A DNA stretch of 64,000 bases from Acutalibacteraceae bacterium (GTDB lineage Bacteria; Bacillota; Clostridia; Oscillospirales; Acutalibacteraceae), in assembly GCA_045591225.1 (NCBI GenBank), contig JAZNSL010000056.1, forward strand, positions 19,123-83,122, in the 5' to 3' direction. Under the pieces are notes generated by a model. The model did not search any database and was not told the origin of the DNA. It worked only from the letters and a program-made list of their open reading frames with translations. Shown here in pieces: positions 9,996-19,126 of the stretch. A program made the translations under genes and the position numbers. Position 1 is the first letter of the stretch. Each line of letters opens with the position of its first letter.

Positions 9996-10226
9996 TTAGT
10001 CCTCTTCCAACAATTTGGACGGTGGTACGTTCAGTACCTGCGCCATTTTAAACAGCGTTTCCAGCGAAACACCGCGGATGGTGCCTGTGCCCTCGACCTG
10101 ACCCACAAAACTGACACTTTTGCCGATAAGCTCGGCAAAATATTCTTGGGTAAAGCCGGCTTTTCGGCGGTAATAGGCGATTTTCAGTCCCAGCGTGATG
10201 TATTTGTTTGTGAATTCGGTTTTCAT
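9996..10226 (-). CDS. XRE-family HTH transcriptional regulator
   Basis: Starts at MKTEFTNKYITLGLKIAYYRRKAGFTQEYFAELIGKS... with RBS GGGAAGGTGA upstream. Confidence 0.75.
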   Translation of the reverse strand: MKTEFTNKYITLGLKIAYYRRKAGFTQEYFAELIGKSVSFVGQVEGTGTIRGVSLETLFKMAQVLNVPPSKLLEED

Positions 10227-10480
10227 CCTATCACCTTCCCTCGCTTGTATTTTACCCAAAACCGGGAAGAAATGATATAGACTATAAGTGCGTATTTATT
10301 TACTCAAAGTGAAAGATGATGTATTTTAAATAAAAAATCATTCACTTATTCGCGCTTGTGTGCTTTTTGTCACAAATTGTCACGGGTATTTTTGTGGTGG
10401 CGGCACACAATAGGTTTGCAAACGCAAATGAAATTTGCGGTGGCAAAACCGCCGCAGTGTGACAGAGAGGTGTGAACAGT

Positions 10481-10635
10481 ATGAACAGCAACAAGAACGT
10501 GGTGCCCGAGGCTCGCGAGGGTATGAACCGCTTCAAGATGGAGGCCGCCAACGAGGTGGGCGTCAACCTGAAGCAGGGCTACAACGGCGACCTGACCTCC
10601 AAGCAGGCCGGCTCCATCGGCGGCCAGATGGTCAA
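10481..10635 (+). pseudogene. alpha/beta-type small acid-soluble spore protein gene, 5' part (interrupted by island)
   Basis: Reads MNSNKNVVPEAREGMNRFKMEAANEVGVNLKQGYNGDLTSKQAGSIGGQMV, which carries both SASP signature blocks. After GGQMV the ORF continues into AT-rich unrelated sequence (NIMTPVRT...). The missing KKMVEAYENGLK* tail is found at 57443-57481. Confidence 0.85.
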
Positions 10636-10656
10636 CATAATGACACCCGTACGAAC
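10613..10656 (+). other. attL junction (core AA at 10634-10635)
   Basis: Composition and SASP homology both break at cagatggtc|AA|cataatgacacccgtacgaac. Confidence 0.7.
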
Positions 10657-10763
10657 TTTACGATTTGATCGACATTATCGGTGGCTGAATGGGCATAAAA
10701 CTACGGTGAAGTATGCGTTTTCCTTTGCAGTGTGAAGCAAAAATGAAGAGATAAATAGAAAAA

Positions 10764-10795
10764 AGGTAGGCGAAATGCCTACCTTTTCTTTTGTT
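10764..10795 (+). terminator. rho-independent terminator at left end of island
   Basis: aggtaggc-gaaat-gcctacct followed by ttttcttttgttttt. In a circularised element it would terminate the recombinase ORF. Confidence 0.7.
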
Positions 10796-10878
10796 TTTAC
10801 ATTAAAAATTAAATTTAACTTGCTATTTTGATAAAAAAAGTGTATATTATTTTTATCAAAACGCTAACGAGGTAGCTT

Positions 10879-11487
10879 ATGAGTAACACAAGTCTTGCCA
10901 ATAGAATAAAAGAGCAAATTAATCGCTCTAAATATGGGACAGTATTTGTTTCTGTGGATTTTGCTGAATATGCAGACAAGAGTAGAATTGGCGTGATTTT
11001 GTCACGTCTTGAAGCAGATGGGATGATTCGTCGCATTTTGCGTGGGGTCTATTATAAACCCGAATACAGTCAATTCCTTCAAGAATATATTGCTCCGCTT
11101 CCGGATGATGTTGCACATGCTATTGCACGAAATTATGGGTGGACAATCGTTCCTTGTGGAGATACCGCATTAAATCTTTTAGGATTGTCCACACAAATCC
11201 CTGCAGCTTGGGTTTATGTGAGTGATGGTAAATACGAGAAATATTCTTACGAAAACACAACCATTCAGTTTAAGCATACAACTAACAAAGAGATTTCTAA
11301 ACTTTCGTATAAAACAGCATTGGTCGTTCAAGCACTAAAAGCTTTGGGAAAAGAAAATGTTAAAGATGCAATGATTAAAAAATTACAGTCTACCTTGACT
11401 TTGCCTGAAAAAGAGGCAATGTTGCTGGAGGCAAAAGCAGCAACATCATGGGTCTATGAATATATTAAATTGATTTGTAGAGGTTAA
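10879..11487 (+). CDS. abiEi: AbiEi-family antitoxin (type IV TA/abortive infection)
   Basis: 202 aa. The N-terminal wHTH-like segment is GTVFVSVDFAEYADKSRIGVILSRLEADGMIRRILRGVYYKP. The gene sits 4 nt upstream of the AbiEii gene. Confidence 0.7.
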   Translation: MSNTSLANRIKEQINRSKYGTVFVSVDFAEYADKSRIGVILSRLEADGMIRRILRGVYYKPEYSQFLQEYIAPLPDDVAHAIARNYGWTIVPCGDTALNLLGLSTQIPAAWVYVSDGKYEKYSYENTTIQFKHTTNKEISKLSYKTALVVQALKALGKENVKDAMIKKLQSTLTLPEKEAMLLEAKAATSWVYEYIKLICRG

Positions 11488-11491
11488 ACTT

Positions 11492-12490
11492 ATGCGTAAC
11501 ATAGCTAAATTGAGCGAAAAAGAGCGAAAGGCGCTCTTTCAAAATACAGCTGCAAAGATGGGACTTACAAATGCCATTATCGAAAAAGATTTTTGGGTTT
11601 GTTTTATGCTAGACTATTTGTTCCATCGTTGTAAGTGGAAAGATAATATTGCATTTAAAGGCGGTACAAGCCTTTCGAAGTCCTATAGTCTCATTGAGCG
11701 TTTTTCTGAAGATATCGATTTAATTCTGGATTGGAGAGTTATTGGTTTTTCTATAAATGAGCCGTGGGAAGAGCGTAGTAATACCAAGCAAGATGTTTTT
11801 AACAAAGAGGCAAATAGGCGTACTGAGGAATTTTTAAAGGAAACCTTTATGCCTCGAATGATTTCTGATCTACAAGAAGAACTAAACACGTCTATCAATT
11901 GTTATATTGAAGAAACAGACCCTCAAACGGTGGTGTTTGCGTACGATCGTAGCTTTGATGATTCTGCCATTTTGCCGGTTATTCGTCTTGAAATTGGTGC
12001 TTTAGCAGCATGGACTCCAGCGGAGCATCTTCCCATTACATCGTATGCGGCCAAACAATATCCGCAATTGTTTCAGGAACCTAGTACAAGCGTTTTAACA
12101 GTGCTCCCTAAACGGACTTTCTGGGAAAAGGTTACTATTTTACATCGCGAAGCATATAGACCTGACGATAAAGCATTTCCGCCGCGGTATTCTCGGCATT
12201 ACTATGATTTGTATTGTATGATGAATTCTCCAGTGAAAGAATCTGCTTTTGCTGACATTGATCTGTTGACAAAAGTTGTAGAGTTTAAAGAGAAATTCTA
12301 TCGTTGCTCTTGGGCCCGATATGATGAAGCCAAAGTAGGAACGATGAAACTGCTGCCTCCCGAAAGAAATCTACCGGTTTTGAGAGATGACTATAATCAT
12401 ATGCAAAATATGATATTTGGTGATAAACCTGATTTCGATGTGATTTTGCAGGGCGTTGGACAACTTGAGAAAGAAATAAATGCGCTTTGA
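11492..12490 (+). CDS. abiEii: AbiEii/AbiGii-family nucleotidyltransferase toxin
   Basis: 332 aa. FKGGTSLSKSYSLIERFSEDIDL is the characteristic NTase motif of DUF1814/AbiEii. Confidence 0.8.
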   Translation: MRNIAKLSEKERKALFQNTAAKMGLTNAIIEKDFWVCFMLDYLFHRCKWKDNIAFKGGTSLSKSYSLIERFSEDIDLILDWRVIGFSINEPWEERSNTKQDVFNKEANRRTEEFLKETFMPRMISDLQEELNTSINCYIEETDPQTVVFAYDRSFDDSAILPVIRLEIGALAAWTPAEHLPITSYAAKQYPQLFQEPSTSVLTVLPKRTFWEKVTILHREAYRPDDKAFPPRYSRHYYDLYCMMNSPVKESAFADIDLLTKVVEFKEKFYRCSWARYDEAKVGTMKLLPPERNLPVLRDDYNHMQNMIFGDKPDFDVILQGVGQLEKEINAL

Positions 12491-12569
12491 ATCGTTACAT
12501 TATGTAATGTTTTTCGTTGCAATAACGATTACAAGGACTGTAAAACCCTTTGTGGAAGGAATGTGTATT

Positions 12570-13502
12570 ATGAGTGATTTGTATATCAATAAGTGCAAAG
12601 CGTTCATAGGTTTTATGCTTTCGCAACAACAGTGGTCTGGTATCACACAAGCCAATATTGATTCTTGGATAAGCAATTTTAAAGGGCTGAGCCAAGAGGA
12701 ACAAAAGTTGGTTTATAAGTTACTTACAAACATTATATACTTTTCCGAAAATGATATTGTAGATGCGTTGAAAATGGGAGTCTATAAATGTTTGTCATAT
12801 GGGAGTATCCTTGCAAGACAAAAAGAATCCAATTTTTCAACAAGTCCGCATACTTTGCAGAGTGTTCATAATTCCAATGTGAACAAGGCGTGTTTTGTTC
12901 CTTTGCTAGATAGTGGTGGACCTCATGAAAGTGCAAACAATATGTGTCGCATATTAGTACAGCAAGGGATTATTCCTAGTGGAAAATCAATGTTTTTGGA
13001 TCAAGTTCCTGCATTGTTGCGGTCGGGTCAAGTAAATAATTTGGTGATAGTCGACGATTGTGTAGGTAGTGGAGATCAATTGAGGACATTTTGGGAAGAA
13101 GCAAGAGTTATTGACGAAGGCGTTTCGGTTTCTATAAGAGAATTGTGTGAAAAGTACCACGCAAATGTTAACTACCTTACTTTATTTGGGTACAATAAAA
13201 GTATTGCTGACTTAAGGAGTGAGTTTCCGGGTTTAAATATTTTTTGTGTGCGTGAACTTAACGATCAACATCGGGTGTTTTCTGCTTCTTCATATATGTG
13301 GGAGAATGAAGAAGAGAGAATCAAAGCCTTTACTTTATTTAATTCACTTGCCCAAAATGCTGGAATACCCATATATGGACATAAGGATTTGGATTTTGCT
13401 TTTATTATGCATAAAACTATTCCTGATTGGTCTCTTCCTATATTTTGGAAAGAGAATAGCGATTGGAAACTGTTGCTGAGGAGGAAAAATTCTCATGACT
13501 AA
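12570..13502 (+). CDS. phosphoribosyltransferase-like (PRTase-fold) protein
   Basis: The PRPP-loop-like motif is LVIVDDCVGSGDQL. I chose start ATG 12570 for RBS spacing (ggaagga). The stop overlaps the next gene (ATGACTAA). Confidence 0.55.
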   Translation: MSDLYINKCKAFIGFMLSQQQWSGITQANIDSWISNFKGLSQEEQKLVYKLLTNIIYFSENDIVDALKMGVYKCLSYGSILARQKESNFSTSPHTLQSVHNSNVNKACFVPLLDSGGPHESANNMCRILVQQGIIPSGKSMFLDQVPALLRSGQVNNLVIVDDCVGSGDQLRTFWEEARVIDEGVSVSIRELCEKYHANVNYLTLFGYNKSIADLRSEFPGLNIFCVRELNDQHRVFSASSYMWENEEERIKAFTLFNSLAQNAGIPIYGHKDLDFAFIMHKTIPDWSLPIFWKENSDWKLLLRRKNSHD

Positions 13503-15420
13503 TCAATACAACCCTTTTAAAGAAAATCGCACCGAGCAAATGCGCGATCTATGGAAATATTATGTACCTTTCCCAGGATTGGATGCTGCGGGGAAACCTT
13601 TAGTAGTAGAGGGCGGTCGTGGAAGTGGGAAAACTATGTTTTTTCAATGCAATTCTTGGCGCCAAAAAATCCTCGAGTTCCAAAAGAGTAGTAAGCCCAT
13701 TACTAATCTCATTGATAGCGAAGACTTCATAGGTATTTATTATCGTGTTGATACGACATTTGTATCATCAATGCGTGAGCGCGAAGAAGAGAATTGGGGA
13801 GCTATTTTTGAAACGTATTTAGGGATATGCATTTTGAAAGAGATTCTCGATTTGATTAGCACTCTAAATCAAAGTATGGCATTGAACGAAAGCGCTTTAT
13901 CTGATTTCTCGCTGGCATTTTCCAAAAAATTAAACACAAATAGTACTACGGATTCAATCGAGGCGTTTCGAAAGGATTGCGATGTTTATTTAGACATCAT
14001 AGAGGATAAGATAAATGGCTCCGAAACATTATCAAATCTAAGGTGTATAAATGCCAACCGATTTATCACGGATGTATGTGTTGCAACCAGAGAATTGCTG
14101 GGAGAAGAAGAGTTACTGTTTAAGATTTTTATCGATGAATACGAAACATTGCAAGAATATCAACAAAAAATAGTTAACACGTTGATAAAGCATAGTTCAC
14201 TTCCTGTGATTTTTAACATTGGATTACGTCCGGAAGGAATGAAAACAGCGGAGACTATTTCTGAGACGGAAACGATTGAAGCACCTCATGATTATGAATT
14301 GCTATTACTAGGGTTTGATCAAGACCAGTATCCTCAAATAATTAAAGCTATCTGTCAAAAACGTATTGCACTGGGAAAAGAACAGGGCAAAATACCTGAA
14401 TCTGCTTCTGATGATATCGAGTTTTATCTAGGAAACTATTCACTGGAGGAGGAATTGGAAAAGATTAATCAAACTAGCAAATCATTGCCTCACATAGAGA
14501 AACTACGCAAACTGATTTTGGAAAGAGCACCAGAGGAAGGAATCGCTGAGTATGATGTAGAGCAATATTGTCGAGTATTATGTGACGAAGCTCCCATATT
14601 AAATTCTCGAATGCACTACGCTTTGTTGTGTAAAAAAACGCAGTATACTCCGAGCATTCAAGATTTGTATGCATTTTATACAACTCTTGATAAAAGGTAC
14701 AGTGATTGGTTGCATAACAGGAAAAACGGCGTGATTTATTTGTTGTGCAAAGAGACTAAGCGTGACAAAATGTATTTTGGTTTTGATGTTTTTTCGGCAT
14801 TGTCTTCGAACATTGTTAGATATTTCTTAGAACTTTGCGAGCAGTCGTTTAAAATTGCCTTCTTGAACGATTACGATTGGACTACGAGAATTCCTCCAGA
14901 AATACAAACAGAGGCGGCACGTTACGTAAGCGAGTACAAAATTGTTGATATTGCTGGATATGAACCGTACGGAAAAGAACTGCGAATATTTGTTCAATAT
15001 TTGGGCCAAATGTTTAACAAATTGCATACGGCAGAAGATAGCACGTTAGGAGAACCGGAGCCTAATCATTTTTTTACCAAAGATTTATCGTTACCTGATG
15101 AGTCTAGAAAAAAGATCGCATCTGCAATTATGTGGAACGTCTTGCAAGAGGGAGAAACTACCAAGAAGAAGCAATCAAAATTGTCTCCTGAAACCGTGGA
15201 CTATTATTTGAATAAAATTTACGTTCCGTATTTTGGAATATCCTATCGCAATCAGCGGAAAATATTCCTTTCGGTTGATATTTTGCAAGAGCTTTTTTCT
15301 GGAAATGAAGAATTGGCTACATCTGGATTCAAAAAATTCTTCAGGGGAGATTCGGTGCCTGAGGCGGATGGTAGCCAACTTAATTTTTTCAATGTGGGGA
15401 CGGAGGAGAACGATGATTAA
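13495..15420 (+). CDS. P-loop NTPase (AAA+/STAND-like), 641 aa
   Basis: Walker A is VVEGGRGSGKTMF and Walker B-like is LFKIFIDEYETL. It has 8-nt start/stop overlaps with both neighbours. Confidence 0.65.
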   Translation: MTNQYNPFKENRTEQMRDLWKYYVPFPGLDAAGKPLVVEGGRGSGKTMFFQCNSWRQKILEFQKSSKPITNLIDSEDFIGIYYRVDTTFVSSMREREEENWGAIFETYLGICILKEILDLISTLNQSMALNESALSDFSLAFSKKLNTNSTTDSIEAFRKDCDVYLDIIEDKINGSETLSNLRCINANRFITDVCVATRELLGEEELLFKIFIDEYETLQEYQQKIVNTLIKHSSLPVIFNIGLRPEGMKTAETISETETIEAPHDYELLLLGFDQDQYPQIIKAICQKRIALGKEQGKIPESASDDIEFYLGNYSLEEELEKINQTSKSLPHIEKLRKLILERAPEEGIAEYDVEQYCRVLCDEAPILNSRMHYALLCKKTQYTPSIQDLYAFYTTLDKRYSDWLHNRKNGVIYLLCKETKRDKMYFGFDVFSALSSNIVRYFLELCEQSFKIAFLNDYDWTTRIPPEIQTEAARYVSEYKIVDIAGYEPYGKELRIFVQYLGQMFNKLHTAEDSTLGEPEPNHFFTKDLSLPDESRKKIASAIMWNVLQEGETTKKKQSKLSPETVDYYLNKIYVPYFGISYRNQRKIFLSVDILQELFSGNEELATSGFKKFFRGDSVPEADGSQLNFFNVGTEENDD

Positions 15421-16327
15421 AGAAGAGTACTCGTTTTGCCATATTGAAGATTATTTGTATGATAATATCGATTTGCTTATTGCAGGATTTGCAACCGCGG
15501 AGGAACGAAGCGGTTATTTTTCAGAATTATGGACAATCAAGAACAAAGATGTCCTCTTCCTTATGTTAGACGGCAACGAAACTGTTGTGTACCGATTTGT
15601 TCGTAATAACAATGTTGTGATGAAGGGTAGATGTGATCTTTGCGTTGGATTACCAAGGATATTAAGCCAAATTGGTATTGTTGAAAAAGAGGTATTACTT
15701 GATATGTCAAGCCTTGATAATGTATTGATCATGTTCATCACTAAACAATTGTTGACGAAAGTAACTCCCCGATCTTTTTTTGCATCGTATATTAGACCTG
15801 AAAAATATGTTAGTGAATCAGGAAATATAGGTTATGAATTATGTCAACAAATCGGCGCTGTTGATGCAGTCCCTGGCTTTGCAAAAAGAGAAACTGATAA
15901 TCAAACCTTATGTGCTTTTCTGGGCTTTGAAGGCGTTCGGTTAAAAGGCGTTTTGGAAGCTGTACACAGTTTTGAAAAATTAATACCTATTGTGGCTTTC
16001 CCTTCCGGCACACCACAATGGTATAACGTCACAATGTGGAATAGTATGGACATCCTTCAAAGCGAGGGGAAAAACCTCTCTGTTCACAAGTGTTATTCGG
16101 AAAGTGTATTTGAGGCGTTTGACCTTCTAAATAGCACTATCTCGCAAGATGAGACCGTTGTCTTGGCACCACTTGGAACGAGACCACATTCTATGGCTTG
16201 TGCCATTTATGCGTGCCATCATGGAGCCACGAGAATAGTATATGATTTTGTAGTAGAGAATGATCGTCGAGCAATGGGGATTGCAGACATAACTGTTTAT
16301 CATCTTTCTTCGTTTATTAAATCATAG
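15413..16327 (+). CDS. hypothetical protein, third gene of the operon
   Basis: 304 aa from MIKEEYSFCH, with RBS ggaggag and an ATGATTAA overlap with the ATPase gene. I recognise no motif with confidence. Confidence 0.55.
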   Translation: MIKEEYSFCHIEDYLYDNIDLLIAGFATAEERSGYFSELWTIKNKDVLFLMLDGNETVVYRFVRNNNVVMKGRCDLCVGLPRILSQIGIVEKEVLLDMSSLDNVLIMFITKQLLTKVTPRSFFASYIRPEKYVSESGNIGYELCQQIGAVDAVPGFAKRETDNQTLCAFLGFEGVRLKGVLEAVHSFEKLIPIVAFPSGTPQWYNVTMWNSMDILQSEGKNLSVHKCYSESVFEAFDLLNSTISQDETVVLAPLGTRPHSMACAIYACHHGATRIVYDFVVENDRRAMGIADITVYHLSSFIKS

Positions 16328-16344
16328 GTAAAGGGGGTGAGGAT

Positions 16345-17406
16345 ATGGATTATAGCAAGTTCTATACTCCGCCTGAAATCGCAACTGCTCTAGTTAAGGA
16401 GCTTTCTATTCCTGCACCACAAAAAATCGTTGATATTTGTTGTGGAAGTTGCAATTTGCTTTTTGCAGCTAAAAAGCGATGGGCTGAAGCAAAACTATAT
16501 GGAGTGGATGTAGCAGAACAGTGCTTTACTGAAGATGTGATGTTTGAAAAAGGGGATGGCAGACAATTTGCAATTAAGCATCCCCGAGAATTTTCTTTGG
16601 TTGTGGCCAATCCTCCTTTTGACTATGTCAAGAGAAAGAAAGAATTTCCAAAACTATTCACGCAAGAGTTTGAGGATATTTCTACTTCTCGTTTGGAAGT
16701 AGAAATGCTAATAGCTAATTTGAAACTTTTGCAACCAGCTGGAGTTTTGTTGGTTATTGTGCCAAGCAGTTTGGTTGAAGCCAAAACGCATCAAAAAATC
16801 AGAAAAGTTGTTGCAGAGCATTATTTCGTTGAAAGCATAATAAAACTTGATGAATCCACTTTTGGTGCTTCCAAAATCAATAGTTACGCATTGATAATAC
16901 ATAATGAATTGCCAAATAACCAAACAACAAAATTGGGACATTCAGTCGGAAACCGTATCTCATATACAGCGTCTCTTGGGAGTGATAGCCTTAAAGAAGG
17001 CAATTGGACCATTGGTAATGTGCATAACGGTTTGCTTACTATGGAAATTAAACGAGGAAATATCTCTAGCGCTTCTTTTCTCACTAGAGGTCAACCCATT
17101 TTGCATACTGCCAAATGTAGCAGCCGTTGGAAACCTAGCAAAAGATATATTTCAACGAAAGTTGTTCCTACCGTTTTTGCGGAAACAGGAGATATAGTCG
17201 TGAGCCGAATTGGTAAATCGGCTGGACAATGGTGTGTGTATAATGGCCCCAAAACTCCAATTTCGGATTGTTTATATCGTATCAAGGATCCTGATGGTTC
17301 AATAGCAAATTTGATCAGTGGAAAAACTTTTGATAGGGCTTTAAAAGGGGTTGCAACGAGATATATAACTATAGACGATTTATGTATGTGGTTATCGAGT
17401 CAGTAA
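16345..17406 (+). CDS. N6-adenine DNA methyltransferase (gamma class, TaqI/Eco57I-like)
   Basis: FYTPPEIA, motif I VDICCGSCNLL and motif IV VVANPPFDY are present. The C-terminal ~150 aa are a plausible target-recognition domain. Confidence 0.8.
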   Translation: MDYSKFYTPPEIATALVKELSIPAPQKIVDICCGSCNLLFAAKKRWAEAKLYGVDVAEQCFTEDVMFEKGDGRQFAIKHPREFSLVVANPPFDYVKRKKEFPKLFTQEFEDISTSRLEVEMLIANLKLLQPAGVLLVIVPSSLVEAKTHQKIRKVVAEHYFVESIIKLDESTFGASKINSYALIIHNELPNNQTTKLGHSVGNRISYTASLGSDSLKEGNWTIGNVHNGLLTMEIKRGNISSASFLTRGQPILHTAKCSSRWKPSKRYISTKVVPTVFAETGDIVVSRIGKSAGQWCVYNGPKTPISDCLYRIKDPDGSIANLISGKTFDRALKGVATRYITIDDLCMWLSSQ

Positions 17407-17926
17407 AAGGCTAAAAATTCTTATAGATGGCCACTAAAAGAGGCGACAACTACATATGCGACATGGCTTGATAAACGCTCGATTCTCAACATTTCTAACA
17501 GTGTATAAGTTTATATAACTCTACGTTTTTCTGTGCGAAAACGGCGTAGAGAAAGCTAGTGAAAAGTTTGCAACAAAGGGTATCTTGCTACAAAAAAGCC
17601 ACCCAGCGGTGAGTCCTTTTGGGCTTATCGCTGCGTGCTTTTTATCGCGCATTCTTCTTGTACGCTATGGTATATGTTTACCAATCACACTTTGCTGCTT
17701 TGTGGCTATTGCCATATTACAATCGTGTGCGAGTTGCGTGATATGTTCTTTTAATATCTTGTCTTCTATATTGAATTGATATATCGCATAATGTGAAACG
17801 ACTTTAAAATTATTATGGAAATTTGGACTAAATAAGTTGATATATTTGACGGAATTTGCTAATATTGTACTAAATGATTCTGAAGCGTCACATCTGTTTA
17901 TGGAAAATGTTATGAGGAGGTTCCAA

Positions 17927-19126
17927 ATGAATCAGGAAGCTAAATTACTGGATGCTTTTAACCAAAAAGCATTTCAAGAGGAACTAACATCTGTTCGCTT
18001 GAAAATTGAATCTGAATTGAATACCTTTCTAACATATTTGAAAAAGCGATTATTACCAGAGCAGAAACTGTTTGACAACATTGAATCCCGTATCAAATCA
18101 TTGGATAGTTTTAAGGAGAAGATACATAGAAAAGATTATCTTCATATTTGGGCAATAGAGGATGATATAGTAGCGAATCAACGTCTTATTGCTACAAACT
18201 TACCTGACTTGATTGGTTTTCGGATAAATTGCTTTTTCTGGACAGATGAAAGTAAAATATATAAAATTCTTGAAGAATACTATAAGGAAGACAATTTCCC
18301 CAATTTTCAACTTGATTTTTCTGAGAATAAAACGCAGAAAAATGGACATACAATTTACAAACTTACAGGGAAATACTCAAACCCATTCGATGGGGATAAA
18401 GCGTATAACTTTGAAATACAGATAAAGTCAATTATGCATAACATCTGGGGTGAGGTTGATCATAAAACTATTTTTAAGAGTAGGGAATATGATGCGGACT
18501 GTTCAAGTAAAAAAGTAATTACCGAAGAGTTGTTTCACATCTTACAAGCATCTGATAAACAACTACTTACTTTATTGGGCAGAAAAAACGAAGAAAAGCG
18601 TTTGATATATTCACTTTTCTACAGTCAAACTAAGGAACAAATGATGAAAAAGTGTGGGACAGATATTTTGGCATCACATTACACAGGCTTTTTTGATTTT
18701 TTTGAAAAACACGAACCAACATATAGTTGCATTAAAAAATATGTTGCGCACACTCTTTTGGGAAAACCATATAATCGAGAATTACTGAATAAACTAGAAC
18801 CTAATGAAAGAATATCTCGTCTCCAAGCATCAATTTCTCGTGAGTTTTATCAGTATAATTTGCGGTGTATATTCTGTATTTTTGATTTGTTATACTCAAC
18901 AATTGATACTCCAGATCCCCTTGAGGAGGATTTGTTCAAGAACTTTCTAACTCATTTATCCGCATGGGCAATTGAGTTCGCCGGCGTGGGAGAAGATGAA
19001 GACTGTGAGGAGTTTGATGAGTTTGATTCTGACGATCTAAAGTCTGATGAAACGGCTTATAAAGATTCCACTGAAGATATTCTTAGATTTCTGAGTCAAA
19101 GGATAGGGGGGCGGAAAAATGATTGA
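17927..19126 (+). CDS. RelA/SpoT-homologue (small alarmone synthetase-like nucleotide pyrophosphokinase) with acidic C-terminal tail
   Basis: Synthetase motifs are IESRIKSLDSFKEKIHRK, DLIGFRINCF and FEIQIKSIMHNIWGEVDHKTIFK. The tail is EDEDCEEFDEFDSDD. RBS gaggagg lies 6 nt before ATG 17927. Confidence 0.7.
   Translation: MNQEAKLLDAFNQKAFQEELTSVRLKIESELNTFLTYLKKRLLPEQKLFDNIESRIKSLDSFKEKIHRKDYLHIWAIEDDIVANQRLIATNLPDLIGFRINCFFWTDESKIYKILEEYYKEDNFPNFQLDFSENKTQKNGHTIYKLTGKYSNPFDGDKAYNFEIQIKSIMHNIWGEVDHKTIFKSREYDADCSSKKVITEELFHILQASDKQLLTLLGRKNEEKRLIYSLFYSQTKEQMMKKCGTDILASHYTGFFDFFEKHEPTYSCIKKYVAHTLLGKPYNRELLNKLEPNERISRLQASISREFYQYNLRCIFCIFDLLYSTIDTPDPLEEDLFKNFLTHLSAWAIEFAGVGEDEDCEEFDEFDSDDLKSDETAYKDSTEDILRFLSQRIGGRKND

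Noticed and set aside
10472-10735. 87-aa ORF taken at face value as an intact gene
   Set aside because: Only the first 51 residues from ATG 10481 are SASP-like. The rest is island sequence read through the attL junction. I treat it as an interrupted gene.
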